DNA from: Styela clava
Lineage: Eukaryota
DNA length: 64,000 bases
NCBI RefSeq assembly: GCF_964204865.1
Contig: NC_135257.1
Span: 9,424,001 to 9,488,000, forward strand
Direction of reading: 5' to 3'
The position numbers and the translations under genes were made by a program. Every line of letters starts with the position of its first letter. Position 1 is the first letter of the stretch. The notes below the pieces were generated by a model that saw only the letters and a program-made list of their open reading frames with translations, made no database searches and was not told where the DNA came from. Below, piece after piece: positions 39,001 through 52,141 of the stretch.

Positions 39001-42000
39001 TCATAACTATAAAATAAAATAATCTTTTTCCATTGATCGATCCATTTGTATTATAATCTTGTTCTGTTTTTTTGTACATAAAATGTGTTAATAAATTAAT
39101 TACGGTAGCAATTTATACTATAACTAATTCTTCGAGGCTTCTGGACGTCTGACAAAATCAACAAACTTCAAGACAGGAAGAAGATATAGATATTGTAAGG
39201 AGATTATGTAGTGTGTACGATTCACGATTAGTCAAACATATGCTGACGTAATGTTTGGGAATTTTGTTTTGAGATGCGTCATTTTGATATCCATGACGCA
39301 TATAACGTCCTTGCCCAAATTAGTTCCGACAATAGAAACTGTAAAGACGAATTTTGATTACTCGTATATATATTTGAATGTTTATATTTTATTGCAAAAC
39401 CATACAATAGTTTTGGTCGAGACATTATAACAAACATCCGGTTAAGTCGAAATTTGACTCTCATCTCGAGGGTGGTATGACACGTCACCGTTTATGAAAT
39501 ATATGTATACAACAAATATATAAATATATGAAATAATGCTGAATATAGAAAATATTAATTTTGAGTCAAGCAGAATCATAATTCTTCAGAATGAACATGT
39601 TGTAGCCCAACGTTAATTGAATATTCGGTCTATGAAGTTAGATATCTGTTCTAAAAAAAATTTGAAATTCAATTTTAAAAGCGACTAGATATCATTGTTT
39701 GATCGATGCTATTCAATCGAAATACTGTATACCAGATCAAACCCAAAGTGAATAAGATGAGTTTCAAATTTGATATTTGACCTATTAATTTAAGTTATTC
39801 TTATTGGTTACATATTGCACAAATATCAACGTGAATTTATCATTGGATTCCGAGGGAACATAGATCTGAACAAACACAGCTACGATAATAGTGAGCAACA
39901 TGCTTCCTTATTTAGTTTTTTCATATTTATTCTAGTTCACTGTTCGTCATCCGCCTTCCTGAAACTTTGTGGATTGCTTGAGTGTGGGTCACAGGAGTCA
40001 CCTACAAATTTCAACCGATGGGCTTCATGTTTGATAATTGCAAAACGTGCAGTTTATAAAATTGAAGACTAGACTCTTGTAACGCCAAAAATATATCAAT
40101 CAACAGAATTTTGCAGATTACATAAAATTCAAAAAAAAACGGATTCTATGAACTGTTAATAAAACTATTAGGGTTTTTTCTTTTTTACATCATACCCATT
40201 GAAAATGTTTCTCAATACAAACAATGAATATAGGAACTTATGCGATGGCTCGAATGCAGATTTGCTTTTTTTGCGACGAGTATAAGCGAGTTGGCCAGCA
40301 GAATACAACTACCAACAATGAGCATCTGTAATGAATATACTTGTAACCGCGACCCGCTCTAGGTAGATGGTAACCCTGTATATAGGGCTTGCACACAAAA
40401 AAACATTCTATTTTTTTTTTCGTTTTTGTTAACTTATATCAGAAGAATATTTTTTTCCCGTAAACTATTTTTGAGGAAAGGTGATATAGTATGGAAGTCT
40501 TTGAATTTTCAGCATATAGAAGAAACATTTCACGTATGTTCAATCCGTTTTTTTTTATCTAAACCCTTCTGTTTGTGTTTTGAATGAACTTGAACGATCC
40601 TTATTGAAAGAAAAAAATCAGATAATATACTACTTTCCAACATATGCCGAATTACGAGAATTCTTGAAACGCTGACAAAATATCATTCATACTCAACGTC
40701 ATTGCACCTTGTTGTCCCAGTGAGTTCAATTGAAGACAAATAGTACGCCGTATTTTCAACTAATTATGGGTGTTTTCTTGGTATCAGCTAAGTATAGCAA
40801 CGTTTGCGTGCAATGCGGCCAGGTGTCTTTTTCTCATGACGAAAGCGCGATTCGTCATTATTTGGGTACACTGTATAACAAAATGATAGAAATAAGTTAA
40901 AATAATATGTATATATATATTAACTATTCTTACTCACCCGAATTGAAGATCTATTAAATCATGAATGTATCATATAGTGGCTAACGCTGTTTCTAATGAA
41001 GTCGAGCTTTATTGTATTATAATATTTCCGTTCGGATACATTCTGTCAACATAAAAAATATGGTCATCTAATTTTGAGGGCTCATGTGTTCAGTGACTCC
41101 ATTTGACCGTGATTTATAATAGGATCCTTTCTTGACGACGCTGCGCTGCCCTTGTTTGCAGCGCGGGTTCTCTGTTTTTGAACTTCCTTCCTTTGATGCA
41201 CACTGAGTTTGAATTTGTACCAGTCTTAAAGCCTGCGCTCAGTTTATTCTTTTCCGGCAAGAGGTCATATCTATTGAATACACAAAATGTTCGGGGAATA
41301 AAATAGTTGGTAACAATATGCAGGAAGTGATGTTTTACTTTCAACCTAAACATCACCTAGGTCAAATACATTACACTTGGTCGAAATGTTTGCTCACAGC
41401 ATAAAAACTGATTGAAATATGAGGGCATGGATTCAACAATGGTTAATAGTTAGTTCAATTTCAAAATTGGCAGAAAATAACAACTCAAAGTGTGAAGATG
41501 TTAATAATCACTTTCAAAATAAAAATGCCGCTAATTCTTTGAAGTATAGGTTGTAACTTCTTTAAATATTTTAAAACCAAAAAACTATTTCACGTGAAGA
41601 CTTTTGCATTCTTTTATTAATTTTATATTCAAAGACGAGGAAGTGAGCTGTTATGAAGGGCTTGTCACGTACGAAATGTGAGATTATTTATAACTTAATA
41701 CAGTATCCCTTTCGTGACTAAGATAAGTAATGATCATATATGAGATAATTTCCGTACACGCGCCTGATGTCACTACTATGCAAAACTACAATAAATGCGC
41801 AACAAGATTTTTCAAACAGATATTTCTTCTTTAAACCTATAAATGCGAGTAACTTTTATCGCATTTTTTCTCCCCTACCCTAATAGAGTTAGAGATAAGG
41901 TCAATATAATAGGAAGTGATCGATTGCCAGACATCATACTGACAAAACAGTAGGCAGAGATACCAGGTAGGCATGATAATTTGTATGGGGCAATTAAAAA

Positions 42001-42361
42001 AGATGAAAATATCTGCTAGTTTCTGAAAATAACTATGCATCCAGAGCAAATTGGAGCTGTAATAGAGTGATTTGATGAGGGTTTGCTCATACGCCCCAAC
42101 CCAATCGCGATTTGGTCTCTTTTGTAAATTAGATTTATGGCTTTGTATTTTAATTATTCAAGAAAGAATGAACCGTTTTTACTCACCCTGCCTAGAATGA
42201 CTCATTTGTGCCAATGCGATGATTCCGAATGTTAGAATGTCCATATCCGCGGTTAAGCAAAAAGTTGAATTCCCCTACCAGAAAAAAGTAGTTTTTTCCT
42301 ATCTGATAGAATCATAATATCATTATCAAGACTGTTCTTAACCCTTGTAAATTTTTCCAGG

Positions 42362-45300
42362 ATGAAGCTCTTGCTATTCTCAATCCTTTGCTGCATGATT
42401 GCTGCTACGTGTATAGAAGGTAGAATACTTATGTAAACTATAAAATTCGTGCATGTTTAGGAAAGTCTTTTCCAATCAAGAGTTAATACAAATAGCGTAT
42501 ATTTAAGTTATTAACATATTATATTAAGCGTTATTTAATTAAGCTACTACTCGACAATGAATCATTTCATATAATATTTTTTAGGCGTTGAACATGGAAA
42601 ATATTTTGTCTGCTATTTCACCAATTGGTCACAATATCGCCCCGGCACCGGAAAGTTTAAAGCTGATGATGATGTAGATCCGAATCTATGTACCCACATC
42701 GTGTATTCATTCGTTGAAATTGGCAGCAATAACGAGGTGAATTGGCTCACTGATTTTCATATAATATTTTTACTTAAAATTTATTTTTGTGATTTACTCT
42801 TCTATAATTTTGAATGATACTAAATGACCGTTTAAAAACTTTTTTGTCAGCTCAAACTCCGTGAATGGAATGGGGATCAGTTGATAAGACAATTAACGTC
42901 TCTTAAACAATCAAATCCTGAATTGAAAATTACGGCAGCTGTTGGAGGATGGAACTTCGGTACAAAGCAATTCAGCATTGTTTGTCAGAGCGAAGCAAAC
43001 ATGCGGGTAAATTTTTTTTCTGTATCGACAAAAATACCGCTCATCGTTTTATTACGACGTCCTGGATTTGAGAGTTTTCATTGTCTTAATTACAAATCAA
43101 CAAAATCTTGTAGAAAAACTTTATCTTTGATTATGCACTGATATGTTCGAATCTATACAAAACTTATTGAAATTTACTTAGTTATCGTCTTTTTTTTTAT
43201 AATATCGACAAGTCGCAATCCTAAGTCGAGATCGAGATACCTGTCCCAGTCGATGTCTTAAAGGCTAGTCCAGGGATGGGAAAATTACGGCCCGCGGGCC
43301 GGATAAGGCCCACCGAAGTGTTTCATCCGGCCTACTTGTACCTGCTAGAATTACGACTATAGTTTTTAAGGATATAAATTTCAGTTGAAAATTCCAATGA
43401 AACTAACGAAATTCAGCGGTTTAATAACTCAGGTAATAATTCAGTAATTCAGCGGTTCCCAAACGGCGAAAGAGAGAGAGGAGAGCCTCCGGCCCAGAAA
43501 GCGAGTCTAATGTCTGAAACAGGCCCACTCGTGAAATAATTGCCCACCCCTGGATTAGTCAAAATCCAACAGAGAATAACGCGTAAATGTATATATTCCT
43601 GTTCCAGCCAATTTAGTGCCAGAAGTAACAGTCGTTATAACTGCTGAGCTTACACAAAATATTTTTTCAGCATTTTGCCATCACATCAGTTTCGTTTTTG
43701 AGAGAATGGGGTTTTGATGGCCTTGATATGGACTGGGAATATCCAGGAAGTAGAGGATCTCCACCTGCAGACAAACAAAGATTCACACGTCTCCTAGAAG
43801 TAAGTTTCTAAACGATTAATTGATTGAAATTGAAAATAAATATTTGTAAATAAATATAGATTTTTTTTAATACGAACCAAAAACCACAATAATTGATGAG
43901 CTCAGTCGCTCACTAGAGTCTTTCATCTTAAGCTATTTTGAAAGGTAAACCAGGATTTAATAATTTATTGACAACATTCACATAGACATCGGAGCAATGT
44001 GCTTTGAGTTATTGGAAACGTGAGTGGACCTATGAATCTTTTCGATATTATGTTGTTGTTCTTGTTGATATTATTCTTCTTCGTCATGATAAAATCGCTT
44101 TTCTTTTTGAACACTGAACCAATTGCTTTGAAATTTTCAGTGGTGAAAGATTTTTTTTTTTGCCAGAAGGCTATTTATTTATTCCTAAATTTCCTATGAA
44201 TCTTATGAGATCTATTATTTCATCCAAAATTGCGCTGTTTTATTTTTTAATTATGGGAACACGGTTTTTAATCCGCCAAGCGTGACGGCTGACTGTGAAG
44301 ATTCTTGCGACTGGAAACTCGAAAGTTTTTTGAGGGTACGGTACCGGTAAGGACTGCTTCGCTCTGGTCCACGTGCATATATTTGAGCGTTGCTCTCTTG
44401 TTGCTACAACGCCCCTTTTCGATTCCCAATGCAGCCATAACGTACTTGGTAAATCGTATTTCATCGATCATATATATTTGCTATTTCAAAGACTGGCTCA
44501 AAGTGTATGTCGAGTCCTGAGTCACGCATCCCGGCTAGTTGACTTCGAGTCTCTTAGTTTTATAGATGGTGAATCGATTTGAGTAATAGGCTACTACAAC
44601 ATAAGACAGAAGAAAAGTCATTGCGTTGCAAAATTCCCCTTTCAGTCACAAATTTAACTCTGATTTTTAAATTCATGTTTGCAACCTGAAACTCAAACGC
44701 TTTGGGGTAGATTATTGTTCTTTTTATTCTCATTTTCTTGATATTTACATTCAAACGCGGAATTGTGGTTTTTGACAAAGAAAGTCTTTGACAAGTGCAT
44801 TTTCATTTTATTTTTCTCGTGCGATATTTTGAGACAATCATGTGTACATATACCACATGTTATCTATCATCTGCCTGTTCCCATCATCATACGTCAGACC
44901 ATTATAACAAACAAAACAAAGAAATGCCGTAATATTCCCACATGAAGATCCAAACTCGACGGCTTGACTCTGACCCCGTATTGTCCTGAAATAAAACTGG
45001 AAAGTAATTTGGCCATCTCTGGTGATATTTTGACTTATATAGCTTAGAATTGGTCGTAATATTGCCGCTTTTTTTAAAGTGCGATCGCATGGTAAACAAG
45101 AGAGCTATGCTCAAATATATGGACACGTAGCGCAATAATGGCAATAACCCAATGGCAATAATTTTGATGACGTCATAGCAAAAAAAAAAGTAATAGCCTT
45201 CTGGAGAAAAATTTTATCTTTAACCACTGAAAATTTCAAAGCAATTGGTCCAGTATTCGAAGAGAAAAGCGACTTTTTAAAAACGTGTCAAAGAACAAGA

Positions 45301-48300
45301 ACAACAACAACAACATAATATTGAAACGATCGTTATGTCCACTACGTGTCCAACAAGCCTTGTATTTAAACAATCTAAACTTGAAAATAATACTTTGATC
45401 AGCAGTCCTTCTCGTTAGTTCATTTACGGAATTTTTTTTGCGAACGACCTCTGTTAATTGTGAAAACGGATCGGAATGGAAGTTTTAAAATTAAATATAT
45501 TGAAACACTGCACTGACATACAATGAACTTTATAAAATGATAATATTTTAAAACCATATTGTTGAATTATTAATTTTAAAAAGACATTACTAATGAAAGT
45601 TATAATTTGTACATTTTCTTCAGAGAATAAAAATAGAATTGAAAGTCCGCTAACTGTTATCTGCATATATATATATATGATTCATGCTACCGTCAGCATA
45701 TTTTTATCACTTTTTTTTTACTTTTACAGATACTGATGGAAGAGTATGTGTATGAGGCTTCTACTACGGGGGAACCGCGGCTTCTCTTGACTGCAGCTGT
45801 TGCTGCTGGAGTACCAACTGTAGATGCCGGATATGAAATATCCAAAGTTTGCGAGTGAGGAAATACAAATCACCATTATTTTCTTCATAATCAAATTCAT
45901 AGTGGAATCCAACCACAGCAGCGAGGCATTTTATTTATGATGGTCATTAGAACATTTGGTCAGACAGTGAGAATAAATAACCACAAAAATACTTTATTAC
46001 TCAAGTTATTCAATTTTTTATAGAATTTTGGATCTCGTTCATTTAATGTCTTATGATTTGCACGGAGCCTGGGAAAATACAACTGATCATCACAGTGCAC
46101 TTTATCCAGGAACAGTGGATTACGGTAGCGACGACAGACGGAATTTCAATGTGGTATGATATCAAGCTGTTTGGTCATTATTCAATTTTCACTTTTCCGG
46201 TAAAGACCGATGCTATTAATCCTGGTTACAAAGAGAATAGCAACGTATCATATCGGCTCAATGGTACATGAGTAGGATTATGAATGTATGAATATCGCAA
46301 AGTTAGACATTTTGGATTGAAATTAGCAAATAGTAACAACTACAACCTTACGGCAAATTAGCTCCTTTCTAGGCAACTATACACCCTGAAGAGTTTATAC
46401 CGGAACTGAAGAATTATGACTGAAATCCTCATTTCGGGTATTGTCGTTGCTCAATCACCAGTTTTCTCATGACTTCAGTTTCTGATACGTTTTGCAAAAT
46501 ATTTATCACATATTTATCAATTTTTCCCGTTTACGTATTCACCACCGATTCCTGTATATATACCTATATTAATTCATTAGAGTGATTAGACTACGGGCGT
46601 GAAGGCTGAAATTGAGCTCCTGAGCTGTCCATGCAGATAAATCAGAATTCTCAGCTGCGATAACTACTATCAGTATGCCCAAACATAAAATAGCTGACAG
46701 AACGTTTATAATATCGTTTGGTAATTTCACAAAATTTTATATTTTTTGAATTTTATAGGATGACGCACTCAATCATTGGCTGGGTAATGGATGTTCACCA
46801 GAAAAGATGGTACTTGGCATACCTTTATATGGAAGGTTTGAAAATTTCTAGTTTTAGGTCATCTAATAACTAGAAATAACATTTTGTTTTGCATCGAAAA
46901 AAAGTCTGATGACATCATAAATAATGGCCACAAAATAGGCGGTAAAATGCCTTAGAATCGGGGTGCGAATCTCCAAACGATCAAAATGAGTTTATTTGTG
47001 GTATGACCAGGCGGATGGTGACTTTACCGCTTTGTAAGCTTCAGGCGTCTCTGTTCAAATGGGGTCTTCTTTTTCTCGCCATGGTAAATACTTACAATCG
47101 AGTCGTTTGTTAATCGACCTTCGACATTGAGTTTATAAAATGGGAAAATAAATCAGGTAATACGTGTTGAAGAACATAATATGCGTACCAAGTCGCATAT
47201 TCCCCGAAATCTGAATGGCTGAGCGAGTATAACTTATAAATATAAAATCTAACATTTGTCAATACCATTTTAGGGGTTACACATTGGCTGATCCCAGCAA
47301 AGGCGGATATGGAGCTCCCGCTAGTGGTGCATGTACAGCCGGAACGTATACAAGAGAAGCTGGTTTTCTGGCCTACTATGAGGTAATTATTACGTATCTT
47401 GAATTGTGCAATATTTTTTATAATGCGCTAGGACTAGAATATGACAAAAAGCTTCATATGCTTGTTTTTTAGATTTGCGCGAAGACGGGTACAATAAGTG
47501 TCAATTCTGACGCAGAAGCACCTAATATTGTCACCGGAGATCAATGGATTGGTTATGAAAATGTATTATCAGTCGGCAAAAAAGTATGTATAATTTAACG
47601 TTTGTGGAATGTAACTGTCATAATTTTTATTACTGATCAGATATACATAACTATTTATACACATATTATGTATACACAAACAAAAACGCTACTGCGACAA
47701 CTTTTTTGCATGTTACAACAACTGTTATGTTACACAACGAATTAAAAATATACACCTCGATTTGCATCCATTTATTTTCACTGACACACTGAAATGTTAC
47801 ATAGCCTATATCACGAGTATGATAACATAAAGACGCTTTTTCATGTATTATCAACCTTGATTGCATTGTCAAATTCTTCAAAAGGTCGACTACTTGAAAT
47901 CATACAATCTTGCCGGTGCTATGATCTGGAGTTTGGACCTTGATGACTTTGATGGTATTTGCCCAACTGCGAAGAAGTATATACTGTCCCGGTAAATATT
48001 ATCACCGTATGAGTAGACCAAGAAACAAATTTATAAAATCAATTTTCCGCCATGTAAAAAAGTGAACAAACATTTAATCTGCTCGCTAAGAATTTAACTT
48101 TGTCTACTTGCGGACCAAAGTAATGAAAGAGGTATTTTTTAAGATTTGAAAAAAGTCCAAACTAGTATAGTGTATTTAAACAACTTTGAACCTAGCATGA
48201 AACGAAATGTACTGTATTTTCTACTCTTCCACTCTAGTATATAATGCCCCTGTGTGTTCTTTTACTTGTTACAAACAGAGAAATTAAATCGAAACTACAT

Positions 48301-51204
48301 AATGGAGCAGCGGATGATAATGCGTGTTACCCTATGGTAACAACGACCGCGGTAACATGGTGGCCACCTGCAGTTCCACCCACTAGTCCCCCTATCCAAT
48401 ACGAGTGTTTCTACCCGGACGCGCCATGCAATTGTCTTTATGCGAGTAGTACACATGTACCACCAACGCAACCAAATGGAGGAACCACGACAATGTTCAC
48501 CACAACAACTCACGCACCATGCGAAGGTAAGCTCCACTAATATATATCACTTATATTGCAAAATAACTATAGATTTTTCTTTGCACTCATTAAAAAGTGA
48601 CTTATTAAAAACTTGCCTGTAACTAATAGTTCGCATTTCATGCAATTTAAAAATTTACATATATATGACATAACAATACATTTTGCATGTCGTGAACACG
48701 AAAAGACTGTTATGGCACCATAATAAATTCTATAGGCCTTATGAAGTAATTGTTTGAGAGGGGCAGAGGCCTCACAAATGGTATAGCCTACCTGAGGGCC
48801 GGATTTACCATAATACAAGGTAGACCCAACCTTAGCAGCTTCGACATTCAAATTATTATTCATTTTTAAGTCGATTTCAAATTTTGAAAGCTTGTTTCAG
48901 ATTTAAACCGATTTGAAATTTCATAAAACTGATATTTGTTCAATCGTGGTAATATTTCTTGACATAAATATTTAACTTACTTCAGTTTGTGTAAATTTGA
49001 AAACTTTACTCCTCAACAATAAAAAAGATATAGCAATTCAAGTTAATTGAGCAGTTTTAATGTAATACTGTAATGCCTTCATTTTTAGAAAATAAAAAAA
49101 TGTCGATATATATATAAGTATACCAATTCATTTAAGCAACAATGATTCTAAGATTAATATATTTTCCATTATTTCCGGATTTTTTTTTATCGCAGAATCG
49201 TTCACATTAAAAATGGAACGAAAATTCACCAACAAGGCTTTATTCATCAATAGGCTAATGGACCATGCTCCCCAGCCCCACCTCTCACAACTAGAGACGG
49301 ATATTATACTTCAGGTCTTAATATGACGTAATAATGATTTGTATAGAGCCCTATGACGTGTTCGTTAAAGAGGGCCCCATAAATGACAAAGCCTAGGGCT
49401 TCTTCCCATTGTCTAAACTCGAAATCTGGTCCTGGACTGAACCTGTCGTGAGATAGGTGAGGCGATGAGACAAATCTTTATACGCATATATTCTTAAATT
49501 TTGATTGAAACATTTTTGATAGGTGCTGATTGTGGACCACAGTGTCTAGGGGGAAACGGCTTTTATCGCGATGAAAGTGATTGTAGTTGTTTTTATCAAT
49601 GTAACAACGACGTCAGTGTTCACAGATGCTGTGATGTGAGTCAATAACCGCACTGTTGACTTCTGGTTATTAATATGCCAAGTCAATATATATATTTAAT
49701 ATATAGTTAGGCTTTCGGATCTATAAAATCAGCCCATTATAGTGATTGAACATGAAACTTTTACCTATAACTAAATGAAACGTATAAATTCTTTTTGCTT
49801 TCATTTTCTTGCGTGCAAAAACAATGTTCCTCTTGTATAATTTTCCAAGATAACTTGATTAATATCAAGTCAAGTACTGAAATTGAGAATAAAGGATCAT
49901 ATGACATTTAATCTTTTGCCCACTTCATGTCTCCAGCATGTAAAATACGAAAGATGTTTTCATATGTTTTGGACGTAAGACAAAATATATATATATATAG
50001 TATACACCTCTATATGGCTGCTAATAAAATAAATACCCTGGTGAATAACATGCTCATTTGTCTCGTTGAGACGCTGATCCATACTTAATCAACATTACTT
50101 ACAGCCAGAATTATATTTCGACGAAGAAAATCTTTTATGTGATTGGAAAGATAACGTTTACTGTCCCCTGGACGGCACTTCAACAACAACGTTAGCTGCT
50201 GAAACAACCACAACAGCTGGTGAGTTTTTGAGTAATCATAGGATTTAGCAGTCAGTAAGCGCTGTTCAACTGCCTACATTCATACTGATGACCACCAGTA
50301 TCCGCGGCAGACTTGTGTAGATTTTCAATATCTAATATTGTGCGTATACAGACATTCAGACAAGTAATTCGCTTTGGCATTTGCTGTATAATATGCACGA
50401 TAATGTGAATGCACGTTGCTGCTATGTAAATGTGTGCCAATATCCTATAGAATCATCGTCAAATGTATAGCTGTCTGTTAGCAATGAACTATATTTCTGA
50501 ACTATGCGAGTGATAGGATGCGATATAATTTTATCTCGCAGATGGCAGCTTGTATATATATGTAAGTAGACTCAAAAATTGGTATATATATTTGTATGTA
50601 CGCAAATAGATTTGAAACAAGTTCTAAACTAAATTCGAAATCGCTTATACACTAACCAGACTCACCTCCAGTACCAACGACCCCTCTTAGTACAACAACA
50701 AAAGGCAATATTATCATAAGCACGACTACAGCGGACTCCGCTACTACTACAAAATCCCCGTTAACCCCAACGACCTCAGGCGGAACGGATAAGTTTACGT
50801 GCGACGGGAAGCCTGACGGTGATTATGCTGATCCGAATGATAACACAATATTTCACAAATGCGACCACGGCAATGATAACGTTTTCCATTGTCAAAATGG
50901 TCTCGTGTATGATGGAAATGTCTGCAACTGGCCGTCAGCTATCACGACAACAGAGGGAATTTATGGAAGTCCTGGTCCCACTACTAAAACTACGAACGTC
51001 CCCGAGCATTCCGCACCAAGCACTACTTCTACCACGCCAGCCAATAATGACGAAAATCCTACTTGCGAAGGAAAGGCGAATGGCACAACCTTCCCTGATC
51101 CAAATGACAACACGGTATATCTGCAGTGCGTACACGGAGTGATAATTGTGCGTAACTGTCCTGCAGGTTTAGTGTATGACGGAAATGTTTGTACATGGCC
51201 ATAA
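42362..51204 (+). CDS. Secreted GH18 chitinase (CHIT1/CHIA-like), isoform with last exon 14a (three chitin-binding domains)
   Basis: Exons 42362-42419, 42585-42736, 42851-43006, 43671-43799, 45730-45854, 46024-46153, 46759-46835, 47274-47382, 47473-47583, 47885-47991, 48279-48526, 49523-49635, 50105-50219, 50660-51204, all phase-consistent. Signal peptide [20 protein letters not shown]; motifs [27 protein letters not shown], intact catalytic [38 protein letters not shown]; then Thr-rich linkers and CBM14-type domains. Confidence 0.95.
43271..43552. mobile_element. hAT (Charlie-type) MITE in a chitinase intron
   Basis: TIRs CAGGGATGGGAAAATTA / TAATTGCCCACCCCTG, subterminal GGCCCGCGGGCCGG, decayed 8-bp TSD GGCTAGTC/GATTAGTC. 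Confidence 0.8.
44012..44402 (+). mobile_element. Helentron-associated (HINE/DINE-1-like) non-autonomous element, copy 1
   Basis: 5' TTGGAAACGTGAGTGGAC, (TGT)n tract, 3' end CATATATTTGAGCGTTGCTCTCTTGTT with a short hairpin; homologous to 45095-45353 (inverted) and 62436-63107. Confidence 0.65.
45095..45353 (-). mobile_element. Helentron-associated (HINE/DINE-1-like) element, copy 2
   Basis: On the minus strand: subterminal inverted repeat TGGACACGTAG ... CTACGTGTCCA, then hairpin GAGC-ATA-GCTC and terminal TCTTGTT. Confidence 0.7.
48794..49434. mobile_element. hAT-like MITE (GGGCCGGATTT type) in a chitinase intron
   Basis: Ends GAGGGCCGGATTT ... AAATCTGGTCCTG with subterminal GGGGCCCC; TSD not evident. 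Confidence 0.55.
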
Positions 51205-51266
51205 AACCGCTTAAAAACACTATCCAATCGTCAAAATGTATGTTAAATATTGTTGTCTTGTTACAG

Positions 51267-51548
51267 TACTTATCGATCTTGATCGGTAAGTATGTTGATA
51301 GGTATTTGTCTGTCTGTCTGTATGTTAGAGACTTTCGTATGTTACGCAATATCTCACGAAAGCGAGGTTGAATCTGCTCCAAACTTTGCGTGTGCATTCA
51401 TCATATCTCTAACCAGAAGCCGATTGATTTTGGAATTATGTCGTATAATATCCGAGATATGATGAATGCACATGCAAAATCTTGAGCAGATTCAATCTCG
51501 CTTAGACAAATACCTACCAACATACTTACCGATTAAAATCGATGAGTA
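51267..51548. mobile_element. Foldback/palindromic element between the two chitinase last exons
   Basis: Outer arms TACTTATCGATCTTGATCGGTAAGTATGTTGATAGGTATTTGTCT / AGACAAATACCTACCAACATACTTACCGATTAAAATCGATGAGTA. Inner arms GCGAGGTTGAATCTGCTC...GTGCATTCATCATATCTC / GAGATATGATGAATGCAC...GAGCAGATTCAATCTCGC. Contains a (GTCT)n tract. Confidence 0.8.
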
Positions 51549-51610
51549 ACAAACAGATACTGATTATATTTTTACGTTCAGTATTAAAAATTTCCCCCAT
51601 TACATTTAAC

Positions 51611-51721
51611 GGACCTCCAGAAGTATGCGCACCAAGATGGCGCGCAACCAGAATATGGTATATGTGTACCGGTTAGGATTCAGGTTGTACGACATCTTGG
51701 TGCGCATACTTCTGGAGCACC
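51611..51721. mobile_element. MITE family 'GCTCCAGAAGTATG', copy 3 (short)
   Basis: Inverted arms CTCCAGAAGTATGCGCACCAAGATG / CATCTTGGTGCGCATACTTCTGGAG (25 bp, perfect). Confidence 0.8.
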
Positions 51722-52141
51722 CATTCAACTTTTACTCCTCTCAAATATGAACCGATTTAAGCTACCTCGTTTTTTAACTATCGAACCAAGTACCGGTATA
51801 CACGTTTTGTTTAATTAAAACTATAACATGAACATGAAAAAATTCCAGTTACGGTAATTTTCAGTCAGTAATTAGAGTAAGAGTAATTATAGACCAAGCG
51901 TAAAAAATTGAAAACCATGTTTCCGAAATTACCTCCAAATTAAACAGTAGGTGGACGTCGGCGAAGCGCATCGCAAACAATCATCGTGTCGCATTGAGGA
52001 CAATTGCTTCAATTCCAAAAATGAGCACAACAATCAGTTTAACGTTTTATTAGAACAAATTGTCCTTTCGTAGTTTGAACAAGTGGAATCAACACGCAAA
52101 TTATTAACTTATACATATTGTTCTTACTATTCGAATCCCAG

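Noticed and set aside
41100-41270. Minus-strand frame with an internal TGA as a selenoprotein exon
   Set aside because: No selenoprotein motif and no recognisable SECIS; such frames arise by chance.
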